Shown: positions 44,478-58,540, counted from the first letter of the whole stretch. The stretch is DNA of 63,649 nt, filler included, from Asterionella formosa (GCA_002256025.1; 21 parts of 21 records of this genome joined end to end with filler, not necessarily neighbours in it), one strand, 5' to 3'. The notes: a model not told the origin generated them from the letters alone. Numbers and translations: made by a program.

Positions 44478-45141
44478 CTAAAGGCAATACATGCCCAAGG
44501 TGGCCTCATGCCTGCGAGTTCACATGTATATAAGAAGGCATGTAGCCACCAAGGAGGGTATTGTTGAGGCAATTCACAACCTTGCTATCATGGCGCCTTT
44601 TGCTTACTTATTGCCCACTCATTGAGTGTAAATGTCAATTTTAGCTTGCTGTAGCCCATCATATCAAATATATTTTGTATATTTCCTATCTTCACATTGA
44701 AATTTGAAATCGGTCCAATATTGCCTATCATTAAAAATTGAGTATTTCAGATGTTTGCATTTTGGCAATAAAATTCATGCCGATTGCCCCTCAATGTTCT
44801 AGCCCTGGGATTGCCAAAATTGGCAAGGGGTTCTGCTTATGGAAACCATTCTATATACTCTGCAGATTTGATTAAAATATATCTAGTATCTCGCTTTTGT
44901 TTGTCACCTGAAAACTGACTCTGGCAATTCACCTTTCACCATGCCGATCATCGTCCATCATTCCCAGTCTGAAGCGAAACTAATTCATTGACAATGCTAG
45001 TAGCGATTTGTTGTCTTGCAAATGCGGTTGGTTGTTGGATTGCTTGTCTTTTTGTGGGATTCATGTAGTCACATCATCTTTGTTTCATTGGACAAACAAT
45101 TATATCGGTATATCTGATGTTGGTTGGAATTTTTTGCTCTG
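44478..45141 (+). repeat. Truncated, CpG-decayed copy of the non-coding repeat family with the hairpin interior deleted
   Basis: Aligns to 30173-30947 but jumps from GCCTGCGAGT directly to CACATGTATA. Confidence 0.88.
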
Positions 45142-45401
45142 GAAGGTCTGGTAATCAGCGAATTGCGCGCACTATATACTAAAAATTCCACGTAGCGGTT
45201 TCAAACTACCTGCCGGGAAGAAAACTAGTATACCGGTACGGTACCTGGTAGTCTACTCCGCAATAAAAAGTTATTAACCCACTTACCAGGATGCGTAGTA
45301 ATTTGTCCGAACATTTCCTATCATCCATACCGCCAGCAGATCCAAACCGATTACTTGAACTTCTCGCCATCCTTCATTGCAACGGCAACAACATCATCAT
45401 C

Positions 45402-48400
45402 ATGTCCACCTCATCAGATGACGAAATCCCTCTTTCCAAAATCAGAGAAAGAAGGCGAACGGTGGAGCAAAAATTGAAACTTCCTGCTGTCGACGATAAT
45501 CAGTCGTCCTTCATCGTCAAACGAGCTTCCACCAGAACAATGGTCATCACCGTCGCCAAGAAATTAAAAAAAACTATCAAACAAACTCGAGACAAAAGTG
45601 CCGTCAAACAGAAGCGCAAGGCGTCTTTGTTAGTTAAGAAGCGACGTTCTATTTCAAATGTCAAAAAGGAAGACAGCAGCGACGACGATTATGATGAGCT
45701 ATCAGCCACCAAAACACAAGGAAAGGAGAAAGCCACGAAACCAATCCTGACTTGCCCCCATTGTTTCAAAGTCATTTCCACCAAACTTGGCCTACAATAC
45801 CATATCGACAATTTTGTATGCAGAAAAAATGAGAAAAATGGGAACAGTCCAGGGAAAAAATCAGGTAAAGAAACTACCAAGGACAAGAAAACAGCCGAAA
45901 AATTACCCAAACGAAGGCGGACGAACTCCAACAATATGGCTTCTGTTGAAAGTACTGATGATGAAGATTCAAATGATGCAGACCAATATCATATCGAAAA
46001 TTTTGCATGCAGAAAAAATCAGAAAAATGGGAACAACAGTCCGGAGAAACAATCAGGCAAAGAAACGACCAAGGACGGGGGAATAGCCGAAAAATTACCC
46101 AAACGAAGGCGGGCGAACTCCAACAACATGGCTGCTGTTGAAAATACTGATGATGAAGATTCAAATGATGCAGATCAATATAAAATGGAAAATTTTGTAT
46201 GCAGAAAAAATCAGAAAAATGGGAACAGTCCAGAGAAAAAATCAGGCAAAAAAACGACCAAGAACGGGGGAACAGCCGAAAAATTACCCAAACGAAGGCA
46301 GNNNNNNNNNNNNNNNNNNNNNNNNNNNNNNNNNNNNNNNNNNNNNNNNNNNNNNNNNNNNNNNNNNNNNNNNNNNNNNNNNNNNNNNNNNNNNNNNNNN
46401 NNNNNNNNNNNNNNNNNNNNNNNNNNNNNNNNNNNNNNNNNNNNNNNNNNNNNNNNNNNNNNNNNNNNNNNNNNNNNNNNNNNNNNNNNNNNNNNNNNNN
46501 NNNNNNNNNNNNNNNNNNNNNNNNNNNNNNNNNNNNNNNNNNNNNNNNNNNNNNNNNNNNNNNNNNNNNNNNNNNNNNNNNNNCGGAGCAGAAGAAGATC
46601 GGACATGCCCTCATTGTCTCAAAGTCATTTCCACCAAACTTGGTCTACAATACCATATCGACAATTTTGTATGCAAAAAAAAACAGGCAACGTCATCGAA
46701 TGCATCGTCAAAGCGCAGACGTGGGAAAGGGATTGCAACGGGAAGCAAAAAGGAACGTGGCAAGGCCGAAGATAGGACCTGTCCGATGTGTAGCCGAGTG
46801 TTCACTTCCGTTCTGGGATGTAGGTACCATGTGCAGCATCAAGTTTGTATCAAGTCGGGAGACACGGACAAGGATGCACCATGTGATACATTGAATGCAG
46901 GGAGTCGATTCGTTACTCAATTTGGCATTGTCGAAGTAGTTCGAGATGATCGTGCTATACCAACCGCGGTACTTTCGGAAGATATCAAAGTCCTGCAGAA
47001 ACGATTCAATTCATACAAGGATAGAGTGGAACGCCAGAGATTAAGGGCGCAAGCTAATTGTACAGTACTTTCACGCCTTCGGCGGCATCGACTTAATCAA
47101 CTTTTTGTAACCAATGATTTTTCCGCGCAGCACATGCGCCACGCCTACTTTGGTGACCAAAAGCGATCTTTGCCAAAGTCGGAGGAAGCTTTAACATGGA
47201 GCCATGATCCGTCCTTTCCAGAGGGGTCGTTTCCAGATCGAATGGTGGAATGCAAGTTGATACCTGATCAGCGAGCAAGGGTGTTCGATGTCAACGAATA
47301 TAGGGACAATGGACAGAAACTAGTCCCTGATACTCCCTTCGAGACAAAACTGTTCCTTCGTCGGCGACTTCTGAATAAGCCCTACGTTGAGAACATCGTG
47401 ATATACGTGTGTGCTTCATGCGGTGCTGAGTATAATTCCAAGGATGGCTTTGTATATCATGCTCGGAGTGAAGCTTGCACTAGAAAGCAACAGACTCGCC
47501 TTGACAGTGCCAGAGACTACCTAAACGCCATAGAAGAGCGAATAAATCGATCGCTTCGGACGAACCGATTTACTGATAATAAAAGAAGGCTAATGCAGAA
47601 CCTTGCTGTGTATCCGGAAGTCTGGCAATCTCTTGGATTTAAGATTCTCCCACTTTTCAACATGGAATTGGATATTGAGATCGACGATGATGATATCCTA
47701 GAGGTCGAGGAGCCAGAGGAAACATTGATTTCGCTACGACAGCAGCTCCGATTGGAACGAGACCTCGAATTGGGTGCCGTCTACCCTTCTGTATGGAAGT
47801 CTCTTGGATTCCGACGGCCAAATAGTGCGTCGAAGCGGAAGAACCTACCAGGTGACCGCATTCAATCCAAACGTCGGAAAAAGGCTCCCGATGTTGTAAT
47901 AGAAACACCCGCAAAATTTATTTTCCCTCCACCTCCAATTATCGACATGCAAGTCTTAGTGGACGAAGCGGATACTGGCCGGTATCCGACTGTGCAAAGA
48001 TTTACGGAAGATCATGACGCCGAATGCAAAATTTGCAAAAAAGAAAGTGGCACCGTGTATATGTGTACGTTTTGCCCAAAGGTGGTCCACCTCACCTGCA
48101 TGAGAACAAAGGTGGCTATAAAGGATCCAGAACCAGAAAACGATTTCATGTGTCATTCTTGCATCAAATTCATTTTGTCAAGGCGACGTCGAGCCGAAAA
48201 GCGGCGATTCCAGAAACAGGAGGCGACACTGGAAAGGGCCGCATGTCGAAGAGACGCGGAGGCTGCTGCAGCCGAAGAAAGGACCAAAGCTCTGGAAGCC
48301 GAACCGCAATTTTTGAGCGAATATCATCGTGTTGCTTTCATGGGCCAAGAGTTGAGTGAATTGATTGAACTACTAGCGGATGCAAACTCACGAATGAATC

Positions 48401-48450
48401 AACTGGCTGTGGCATGTCGAGCGAATGGTATTCGACGAAGTCAACTGTGA
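45402..48450 (+). CDS. C2H2/C2HC zinc-finger and PHD-finger nuclear protein spanning an assembly gap
   Basis: CPHCFKVISTKLGLQYHIDNFVC occurs twice, plus CPMC...YHVQHQVC, CASC...YHARSEAC and PHD CKIC...CTFC...HLTC...CHSC. Internal ~63-aa repeats precede the gap at 46302-46583. Confidence 0.85.
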
Positions 48451-48846
48451 AGGGTATATAGTATAAACTAGTTTCTTTTTGCGTTGCCTGCTTGATTTCA
48501 AGCTTAATGCTGGGAGAGTACGTCCGTGATTGTGTGACAGCAGGGTCAATCATAATATGCACAATGACCACTCCATAAAGCACCGAAGTCTTTTGGTTTT
48601 TGGAACATTGCTCATGCGCTCTATAATATCCCGAGCTGTGCATATTGACCTTTAAATATTCTATTGAGCAAGCAGGTGCAATCACACACTATTTCGCTAC
48701 AACCCTTGGGTGCTATAGAAAAGGAGTCAGCAATTCCTTTTTATAAATTATTTTGCGGATGTATGTATATACGTACCTGTGAATCGAAGACGCTTCATCA
48801 CTCAAGTGATTAGCAGCTGGTACATGCATAGTAAGCAGTAATGTTG

Positions 48847-49632
48847 CTACGTATAGTTCGTCAAGCATATTAATTGTTCATCATTTTCATGACATTGAAT
48901 GACATGACAGCTTCGCAAGAAGGTGATGTGTTCTGACTGTATTGGCAAGTGTGTGGTCAATAGGTAAGGATCTGATTTGTTCGACGCCCTTTGTACAAGC
49001 TCTAGCACGAGTCGATCCAATGTCCACATTCCACGTTGTTTCTTTCGTTGGTGTTGTTCCACCCGCGCTGCAACGGATGGTTGGTCGTCTTCCAGTACTA
49101 ATTGCTGAGCCACATGAGAAAGCTCGTTTCTGACCCATTCATTTTCGTTGCTGGTTGTTCCATTTATGAATACTTGACTTAGTGATAGCCCTTTGCGAAT
49201 AGCATGGTTGCTATTATTATCATGATTCAATGCCATTAATGTTTGAATTCTTTCCTGAACTTGACGATGATGATTGTTAAGATTTTGTAAAGAGACTAAT
49301 CGTTCTTGAGCAATTCGAATCCTTTGATCCAATACAACGTTGACCTGTCGCAGTTCATCATACGATTGTATGATTTGTTGTCGGCAATACGACTTGGTGT
49401 CGCCGTCGTCGTCATGTAGCGCCGCAATCAAAGGAGCATCAGTTGTTTTTGATGTCACTGCACGCAGTTCGACCCAAAGAGCTTGGCCTGCACTACCGGT
49501 ACTGGTATTCGTAGTAGTTGTCATTGACGATAACGGAGAGCTCTGCTGCATCTTTTGGAGCTTCTTCCATTGCATTTCATTTTCTCGACGAAGCTCCTTC
49601 AGTCTTCCTTCTTTCTCGTAACAAAAGTCCAT
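48847..49632 (-). CDS. CENPK: Probable centromere protein K (CCAN subunit) homolog
   Basis: 261-aa coiled-coil protein ending TLDRLVLELVQRASNKSDPYL...HITFLRSCHVIQCHENDEQLICLTNY, resembling the CENP-K C-terminus (L..L......DPY....Y..LL...I...HP.D...I.L..F). Confidence 0.55.
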   Translation of the reverse strand: MDFCYEKEGRLKELRRENEMQWKKLQKMQQSSPLSSMTTTTNTSTGSAGQALWVELRAVTSKTTDAPLIAALHDDDGDTKSYCRQQIIQSYDELRQVNVVLDQRIRIAQERLVSLQNLNNHHRQVQERIQTLMALNHDNNSNHAIRKGLSLSQVFINGTTSNENEWVRNELSHVAQQLVLEDDQPSVAARVEQHQRKKQRGMWTLDRLVLELVQRASNKSDPYLLTTHLPIQSEHITFLRSCHVIQCHENDEQLICLTNYT

Positions 49633-50705
49633 CTCAATTATTCGAAGTAGTTAATTATGATGATAGGAAGGAATAATAAACTACCGGTATACCGGTAAAT
49701 GATTTCCACTACAAAACATGCGAGTGGTATCTGAGTATGGCGCACCGAATAAGCGCAGAACTGGTACAGACTGGTTGCAGGTACCGGTACTCAGTACCAC
49801 CCGGTATTCATAGCCACGAACCGATTGACCTTGTATTTGCGGCCCTCTAAAGAAATGTAAAACCACACAGCTACCTGGTACTCCACCAGGTACCTGGTAC
49901 CCTGCCAAAGGTATCATCATGTGACAACAGCTACCGGTACTCATTCGTGGGACTTTCACCACCTATTTCTACTTCTTCCATTCAGGCAGCATACTAGCTT
50001 GACCAAGAGTCTAGATAGGCAACATATATATTGCTGACAAGGTTGGGTCCATGTCAACAGTTATAGTTTAAGATTATTATGGCTAGGATGAAAAAGGAAA
50101 TTCAAGACCCCAACATGGTGATGATATTGTGTGGAGTTAGAATTAGGAATTAACTTGAAATACAAGAATTTAAAAAAAATCTCAACACAGAAGTGAGCAA
50201 CGGTACCAAGTAGTTAGTATGTACGGATCAGCTATGTATTGACAAAACTTGCGTGCTGCGTGATTTCTCGTCCAACATAATTTTANNNNNNNNNNNNNNN
50301 NNNNNNNNNNNNNNNNNNNNNNNNNNNNNNNNNNNNNNNNNNNNNNNNNNNNNNNNNNNNNNNNNNNNNNNNNNNNNNNNNNNNNNNNNNNNNNNNNNNN
50401 NNNNNNNNNNNNNNNNNNNNNNNNNNNNNNNNNNNNNNNNNNNNNNNNNNNNNNNNNNNNNNNNNNNNNNNNNNNNNNNNNNNNNNNNNNNNNNNNNNNN
50501 NNNNNNNNNNNNNNNNNNNNNNNNNNNNNNNNNNNNNNNNNNNNNNNNNNNNNNNNNNNNNNNNNNNNNNNNNNNNNNNNNNNNNNNNNNNNNNNNNNNN
50601 NNNNNNNNNNNNNNNNNNNNNNNNNNNNNNNNNNNNNNNNNNNNNNNNNNNNNNNNNNNNNNNNNNNNNNNNNNNNNNNNNNNNNNNNNNNNNNNNNNNN
50701 NNNNN

Positions 50706-53700
50706 ACTAGAAGTGTCCACTACTGAGTCCAACAAGCACACGCTTGTATCCATCAACACACCAGTCTCTTGCAAAGAACTAGGCAATAAGCTCTTCAGCA
50801 GTCAGAAATACGAGCAAGCCGTTACTGCCTATCAAGAGGGACTGTCGCTGCTTTCCATCGTCACATACGACAAAGTCATTCATGACGAATTGGAGAGCGC
50901 CCTTCGATCCAATCTCGCCATGGTACTGCTCAATTTAAAAAATTGGCAACTTGCGGAGGAAGAATGCACTGCCGTTCTTGCGAAGGACCACACACACATA
51001 AAGGCATGGTATCGAAGGGCATTAGCAAAAGAAGGTCTGGGAAAGTGGGCACAAGCCAACGAAGACATCGACGCTTGTTTGGCTCTTTTCACGAGCAAGT
51101 TGACGACCCCTCAAAAGAAGATGCGACTTGCGGCAATAGAAATGAAGAAGCGACTACAAAGCAAGGCGACATCAAGAGAAATTATGCCTGCATCGACGCA
51201 ACAAAGACAAGATGTCATTCGCTTGCTCATGGGACGTGTTGTCTTGGAGAAGCAAAGACAGCTACCTATGGGGGAAGCATTCTTCTGTCTCAATTGGAAC
51301 TGGTGGAGACAGTGGTGCACGTATGTGGATTTTTATTACTGCCAAGATGATAGTGACGTTGTTGTCATGCGACAAATTGAAATCCTTAAGCTGTTGCCAC
51401 CTGGAGCCGTCGTTCCTACGAAATTCAAGGACGATGACGACAGTGATGAAGAAGATATAGATCCACCAGGGAAGATCAACAATTCCACGCTGCTGAGAAA
51501 TACGACCGATCCCTTCCATCGGCACTGGTACGATACGACCCAACAACTTGCGCCGGGATTGGTCCGAGGCCATCATTTCGAGTTGGTCCCTCGTGAGGTT
51601 TATTTCGCACTGAGAACGTGGTATGGTGAAGTCACACCGAGTATATGTAGGCGTATGAACGGAAAGATACAACTATATACACCTGTTTCTAATTGTGATG
51701 TCAACAAGCAGAACTCGCATGGACCAACCAGTAAATGTGCAGCCTGTTGGGCACCACATGTTACTAATCGCTGTCGTCAATGTAACATCGTCCAATATTG
51801 TGCTCGCTCCTGCCAAGAGTCACACTGGCCATATCATAAGCGAGATTGCAAAAAATGGGCTCAAATGGATGAAAAACTAGTCAGTATTCCGGTGCCAACA
51901 GGCCACGTTGGTCTTCATAATCTTGGCAACACATGTTTTATGGCATCATCACTCCAATGCCTCTCTCATGCGACACCACTTACCAGGTACTTCCTTTCAA
52001 ATCAATTTTTGCAAGATTTAAATATCGCCAATCCTTTAGGAACAGGTGGAAAGCTAGCACATGCGTATGAAACTGTTTTGAAAGACATTTGGATGAAACA
52101 ATCAGATACCACTAGTCCTACTGCATTGAAGCGTGCCATTGCCATGTTTGCTCCTCGTTTTGCCGGATGTTCGCAACATGATGCACAAGAATTTCTGGCT
52201 TATCTACTGGATGGCCTGCATGAAGATTTGAACCGCATTCGAAGTGCCCCATATGTCGAGTTGCCAGATGTGAGTGGTGACATGAATTTTCATGTTGCAG
52301 GAGCCCAAGCCTGGGAGGCACACCAACGGAGAAATGATAGTGAGATTATGAACATTTTCTACGGTCAGTTCAAGTCAACCTGTGTCTGCCCCATATGCCA
52401 GCGAGTGTCGGTGAGCTTTGATGCATTTAATCATGTATCATTGGAAATACCGCAAGTGAATGATTTGACGAGGCTAGTACCAGTAACTGTAAGCAATGGT
52501 ACCAACGTTCGGTACCTAGTAGATGTGAGAAAAAGTGCTTGTGTTGGCGATCTTCGAAGTGAGCTCAGTAATTTGTGTGGAATTCCTGTTCAGCGATTGG
52601 CCATTTGTGATGTCTATGAGCATTCAATTTATGACATCTTGAAAGACAATAGGCAGTTGGCTACGATTCGAACGACGGATGTCCTTGTGGCATACGAAGT
52701 AGATCCCTACACAAATTCGACCATTCATGCTATTGCGACAAATCGTATGGTTCCTACTCCTCGTGATAATGTTGATGCCGAGTACGATCAAATGATCCCA
52801 ATGGAACTGTTTGGCTACCCCTTTCTAACGTCTTTCTCAGCGGACTTCACGTGTCGACAAGTGTGGGAACATTTGTGGAAAATGGTCGAGAAACACGTTG
52901 ACGAAGACCAAAAGTGTTGTTTAACAGTTCGAATTGTGGATAATATGGGCAAGCCCTATCCTATCTTTTTGGATGCAAATGTTGGAACAAACGACGACGA
53001 TTCTACTGTTGTGTCTCCCACCAGCGACGAAATTCTGGCCAACTTCCTTGACAATGGATACACAGAAAGTTTCCTGTTTATTGCGTTGGAATGGCGCGAC
53101 TGTGAAAAAATGGAAGCATCTGACGTGAAGTCGATCGATTTAAATAAGTTTCTCGAATGTAAAATCCATCCTAGTTACAGTGTGGCACTTGAAAAGCACC
53201 ATTTTAACAGGACTTCGTCCCAGGGCGTTTCCTTGGACCAATGTTTCAACACGTTTACAAGGCCTGAGCGTCTTGACGAGAACAATATGTGGTATTGCAG
53301 TAAGTGCAAGGAGCATGTAAGGGCAATGAAAACAATGGAGTTGTGGAAGCTTCCCAATATCCTTGTGATTCATTTAAAACGCTTCGAATTCAAAAACTCT
53401 TTGAGACGAGACAAGCTCGACACATCTGTTGATTTTCCACTCGAAGGTCTGGATATGAGCAGGCATTGCGCCTCGACCAGGAAGAATGGGGCGGATGTCG
53501 TGGATGACTCAATTGACGCCACGTACGATTTGTTCGGAGTAACAAACCACTATGGCCGCCTTGGATTTGGTCACTACACTGCGTTTGCAAGAAAGTGGGA
53601 CGAAGAAGGAATGTCAAATGAATGGGCCCTTTTTGACGATTCTAGCGTTCGATGTATTGGTAGTGGCAAGGGTAGAAACAATGGAGTCGTTTCTCCTTCG

Positions 53701-53739
53701 GCATACGTCCTTTTTTATCGCCGACGAACATTCACCTAA
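50706..53739 (+). CDS. Ubiquitin-specific protease (peptidase C19) with TPR, DUSP and zf-MYND domains; 5' end in gap
   Basis: TPR (KELGNKLF, KAWYRRALA), DUSP (WW..W..YV, PPGKINNS), MYND (CAAC..CRQC..YCARSCQESHWPYHKRDC), Cys box GLHNLGNTCFM, His box HYGRLGFGHYTA. Confidence 0.95.
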
Positions 53740-54630
53740 TAACGGTGACTTTTGACGCATACAGCTACTCATTAACATGGCATAGAATCAGAATGAGGTT
53801 ATGGCGGACCGCAATCCATAGAGCCATAAAATTAGGTGCTCCGCAGTTGCTTAGGCGAAGAAAAGAAAAATGCCCTTGTCAAACAAGAGTACAGCAACCC
53901 ATAGGACTAGTATATCTTCTTATTGTTGTGTCTGTGTACCGCATAGTGTATTGTGCATTTGCCTTGATGTACAAACGACAAACTTAATGGTCTGCACTTT
54001 CGCAAGGAAGCGAAGCTCGGCATAGTTTTTGGCTCAACCTTACTTGAAGTGGACGAGTACAACCTTGTATTCAATATCAAGTGCCAAAAACACCGTGTTT
54101 TAACATCTGAGAATAGTGGAAGACGCATCATCTGAAAACTTAGAAAAAATATTTCTTTACAATTGTTGCCATGTGATCAACTACCGGGGAATAAGCAAAG
54201 AGACAGAAGTGTGACTATTTGTGATTGATTATACGCTTTCAATGGCAAGAGGTCACTCTCATGATGTTTAGGCAACGTCTGGGAGATGCACCCAACGCAT
54301 GTAACATAATTTTCCTCAAAAAGTTGAATCCTATGCAGAGCCCAATTCTGGTGTCGGTGCTTCTACATGGATTCGCATGATGAAAATCATAGGGAAGTAG
54401 AGGTACCGAATATCAACATGCATTCTAGAATTCACTGTCTTGATGAGGTGTTTAAAGAGTCTGCTGTTCACGTTAATCCAGCTGTGTGAATGTTTGTCAT
54501 TTACTTGATGTGATAGTTTGGGTCAGGTGTNNNNNNNNNNNNNNNNNNNNNNNNNNNNNNNNNNNNNNNNNNNNTTAATTAATTAANNNNNNNNNNNNNN
54601 NNNNNNNNNNNNNNNNNNNNNNNNNNNNNN

Positions 54631-55830
54631 GTCAATGGGACTGATGGCCTTGGATCATGGTGGTAGGAACCAGATCCATACGCTCCTTCAGCTTGAAGGG
54701 GTGGAATTGCCTGGGGAGGCCCCATCGGCGGAAGTGCAACCATCCGGCCATCGTCTTGAGTTGGACTGTCAGCATGGCCGGATCTCCAAGATTGGCTTCC
54801 TTCAATCGCATCTTCCTCGCTCCCTGCAGAGCTGCCTGGCACGACTATGTCGTAATCAGACAGTACTGTGTCACTACTACTGAGGTCTCCAGCTTGAAAA
54901 GGAACATAGGAAAATGGCAGAGGATCAAGATCCTCATTCCATTCAAAGTCGTGTAGAGAAAAGTTCTCTCCAGGCTCCAAGGATGACTCGCCTAGCGAAT
55001 GGACGAACCTAAGGACGGGTTGCTTGGGAGGAAGATTTGGTTCGCTTTCGTCGATTGTTCCAATCTGTTCTTCAAAGGCAATCTTCGTTGAAAATTAGTA
55101 GGACTCGTGAGATGGTTAACGGTAAAATCTGGCTTGTCATTTATAGAGACATCATTGAAAAACATGAATCTACAACAACAACACAACGGCACCCACCTTG
55201 TCTCCTGATAATGAGTCGTCCGAGCGCTCCTCATCGCCGCTTGCGTTCTTTTTTAGCCTTATTCCCTGAGCTTTGATTTCTCTGAATAGTTGGGACGTCT
55301 TTTCCTTGGAAATCTTGTCACCAATATCTTCCCATAGATTATCCACGATCTTCTTCAAGAAGCGACCAGGAGGGTCTTGAGTGGTCCGCCAGGAGTGCAC
55401 CATGGCGGCAACGATGGGCCCCTTATCAGTACGGGCTGCCATTGCGTAACTTGGATAATTCTCTTTCACAAGGTCGCGGTATCGTTTGTTTCCTAGATCT
55501 GAACTCAAATCGCAAAGAGAATGAAAGGGATGAGGCAAGGGAGCGATCGATGAGAAAATTAATGTGAGTATGACGAACGAAAATCAAAAGTCACAATACT
55601 GAAGTGTTGAGAAAAGGCACTAATAATGGAAACGCGAGAAACTTACGGTTATTGGTACCTCCTCCTCGACCACAAAGCACATCATTCTCGTGAGGTTCTT
55701 CGATTCCTTGCAATGGCCATGGCATAGTTGAATCCGCAACCTTGGTACTGTCTTCTGTCACAACTGGCGTCTCCGTCAAATGGCACTCATCCATGATATT
55801 TCCTGCGTTATTATCATCATTGGTCGTCAT
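54631..55830 (-). CDS. DUF6824 domain protein (diatom-expanded family), 3 exons, 3'-partial
   Basis: PHENDVLCGRGGGTNN, intron 55646-55499, then HLGNKRYR...PPGRFLKK...WEDIGD...EKTSQLFRE. A second intron from 55196 can join in frame to ORF 54980-54631. Confidence 0.85.
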
Positions 55831-56489
55831 TGTTNNNNNNNNNNNNNNNNNNNNNNNNNNNNNNNNNNNNNNNNNNNNTTAATTAATTAANNNNNNNNNN
55901 NNNNNNNNNNNNNNNNNNNNNNNNNNNNNNNNNNACGAGAGCAGTAGTACTGCTATAGTTGTCAGCGTTAAGCGCCGTTGTTGTTGAGTCAGCATCATAG
56001 TCATGGTGGGCGGGCATTCGTAGAAAGAGGAGCGAAGATTTAATTTATTTTCTCTATTCAATCAAGGAGTGGAGGATGAAAGAATGTTAGTCAGTATAGT
56101 TATATACCGGTATATCACATGTATGTATACATGGAACTACAGGATTATCCATGGTATCATATCATTGGTCAGGATGGCAGTGCAATATCCGCATTACTCC
56201 GTGATACTACCGGTATTTATGACGCAATTTTTTTCATGCTGTGGAGGCAGAATGAAGCCACATTTTGAGTTCCAAACGAGTGTGAAAAAACCAATCATTT
56301 TCAGTCCCAAACGAGCGATTGCTGATGTGTATAATAGCCGTTGGCTATATTTATTGTATCCTTTGTAATATCAATTAAAAATTATGTGATAACAATGACA
56401 AAGTGACAACTAATGCCCTAAAACTGATATGCAACTCATCATTGTGAAGGCTCGGTTCCATCGTAATAAGGCCATTACACGTAATAGTC

Positions 56490-57137
56490 ATGGACGGACC
56501 GAGAGTTAAGAAGGAGAGAGTGACGGAAGCTTCATTCAAGAGGCTTTTCAAAATCTCTCTTCCAATCACATTCCTTTGTATATTGGGAACACGGCCCTTG
56601 CATAAGCTACATTCCCTCACAGTACATAGGTTCGCCAACGAAGGCTTCACCACTCATGAGGAAATCAGTGGTTACCCTCAGAATCTGAAGGGCGTGATGG
56701 ACACAAAGGACGACATTTTGGAGTATCCCTGGAATCGGACTTTAAAGGGGTGGGAACCACCAAGCTGGATTACCAACTATATTGAATGGCACAGGGAAGT
56801 GCGATCGACTCATCCTGCATTCAACGGTGACAATGAAGCACCATTTCCCCCTCTGTATGTTGTATATTGCCAAGTCGACCGAGGATCATTTGCAGAGACA
56901 AGAACATCAGATTGTGGAGGCCTTCATGATCGGCTGGGCTCACTTCCCTTCGACTTGTATATCGCGAACCAAACAAAACGGCTTCTTCTCTACGTATGGG
57001 AAACCCCCATGTCTCTTGAGACGTTTCTTGTGCCGAATCTTCTGAATTGGACCCTTGATAGGAATCGCCCAGATCTTCGACTGCTACTAGAGACTGCGCC
57101 GAATTTGTTCACAAGGAATACACAAGCATATGCAACA
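56490..57137 (+). CDS. Type II membrane protein of a diatom family, possibly fucosyltransferase-like; 3'-partial
   Basis: N-terminal TM segment, then W...YIEWH...CGGLHDRLGSLP...A..TKRLLL..W...LETFLVP...W. Confidence 0.6.
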
Positions 57138-57237
57138 NNNNNNNNNNNNNNNNNNNNNNNNNNNNNNNNNNNNNNNNNNNNTTAATTAATTAANNNNNNN
57201 NNNNNNNNNNNNNNNNNNNNNNNNNNNNNNNNNNNNN

Positions 57238-58440
57238 GGTGCGAAGGATCTCCTCTTGTATATGGCGTTTGTTTCAATCGTGATTTGGTTCTGCTGTTTT
57301 GTGAGTCCAAGCAATGATTATTTCTGAAAAACCGATCATTGCTTTGATGCGACTTCTAATTCATACATGTAGGCCTTTGATTTTGTTAGTCGGACAAATT
57401 GACACGGAATAATAGCCTCGCTGAAAAATGAGCGAAATGCATGATCGTTTCCTATGCATGCATGCCGGTACACTGACTGCTGAAGGCAATACACGCCCGA
57501 GGTGGTCTCTTGCCTGCGAGTATACCTGTGTTCGAGGCTGGGTGGCGCGAGTAGGTTGACCGTACGAGTGGCACCCCCGGTGCTGCGAAAAGGTCACCCT
57601 GCGAGTGCCATCCCAGTCGAGTACACATGTATGCAAGAAGGCAAGTAGCCGCTGAGAAGGGTATGTTGAGGCAATTCCCGCTCTACCTATCGTCGTGTCA
57701 TTTGCTTACCTACTGCCCACAAATAAAGCATAAATGTCAATTTTAGCTTTCTATTGCCCATCATATAAAATATACTTTCTTATCTTTCCTATCTTCACAT
57801 CAAAATTTGCAATGGGTCTGATATTGCCCATCATTTTAACATATTTTGGATATTTCATATGTTCGCATTTTGGCAAGACAACAGACGCCAATTGCCCCTC
57901 GGTTTTCCAGCCCTGGGATTGCCGAAATTGGCAAGGGGTATACTTAAGGAAACCATTTTATATACTATACAGATTTTAATAATTTATATCTAGAATTCAC
58001 CTCGTGTTTGTTCGTCTCCTGAAAAGTGGACTCCGGCAATTCACCTTTCACCATGCCAATTGTCATCCATCATGACCGGTTTGAAGCGAAATCAGTTCCG
58101 CGATGACGCCAGTAGCAACTCTTTGCCTAACGGATGCGGTTGATTGATGGATTGCTTGTCTTCTCGAGGTATTCATGTAGTCGCATTGTCCATATTTCGT
58201 CAGACGAACGATGATATCGATACATCTGATGTTGGTGGCAAGTTTTCGCTCCGGTCATTTATGTAATGATGCTTAACGGACATTCTACCAGTTACCGGCA
58301 GTCATCTAGTCTTCATACATACGTGGTACTAAAAACAACCATGCATGGTTTAAGCTATGCTTTAATGCTTATTTTGAACACGTTATAATATTATCTCTGT
58401 AGACTCGGTATTATTTTTACGAGACCTGAAATGTTGAATT
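57238..58440 (+). repeat. Second near-identical copy of 29931-31134 (repeat family left part with intact hairpin)
   Basis: Same ends, scattered substitutions. Confidence 0.9.
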
Positions 58441-58540
58441 NNNNNNNNNNNNNNNNNNNNNNNNNNNNNNNNNNNNNNNNNNNNTTAATTAATTAANNNN
58501 NNNNNNNNNNNNNNNNNNNNNNNNNNNNNNNNNNNNNNNN

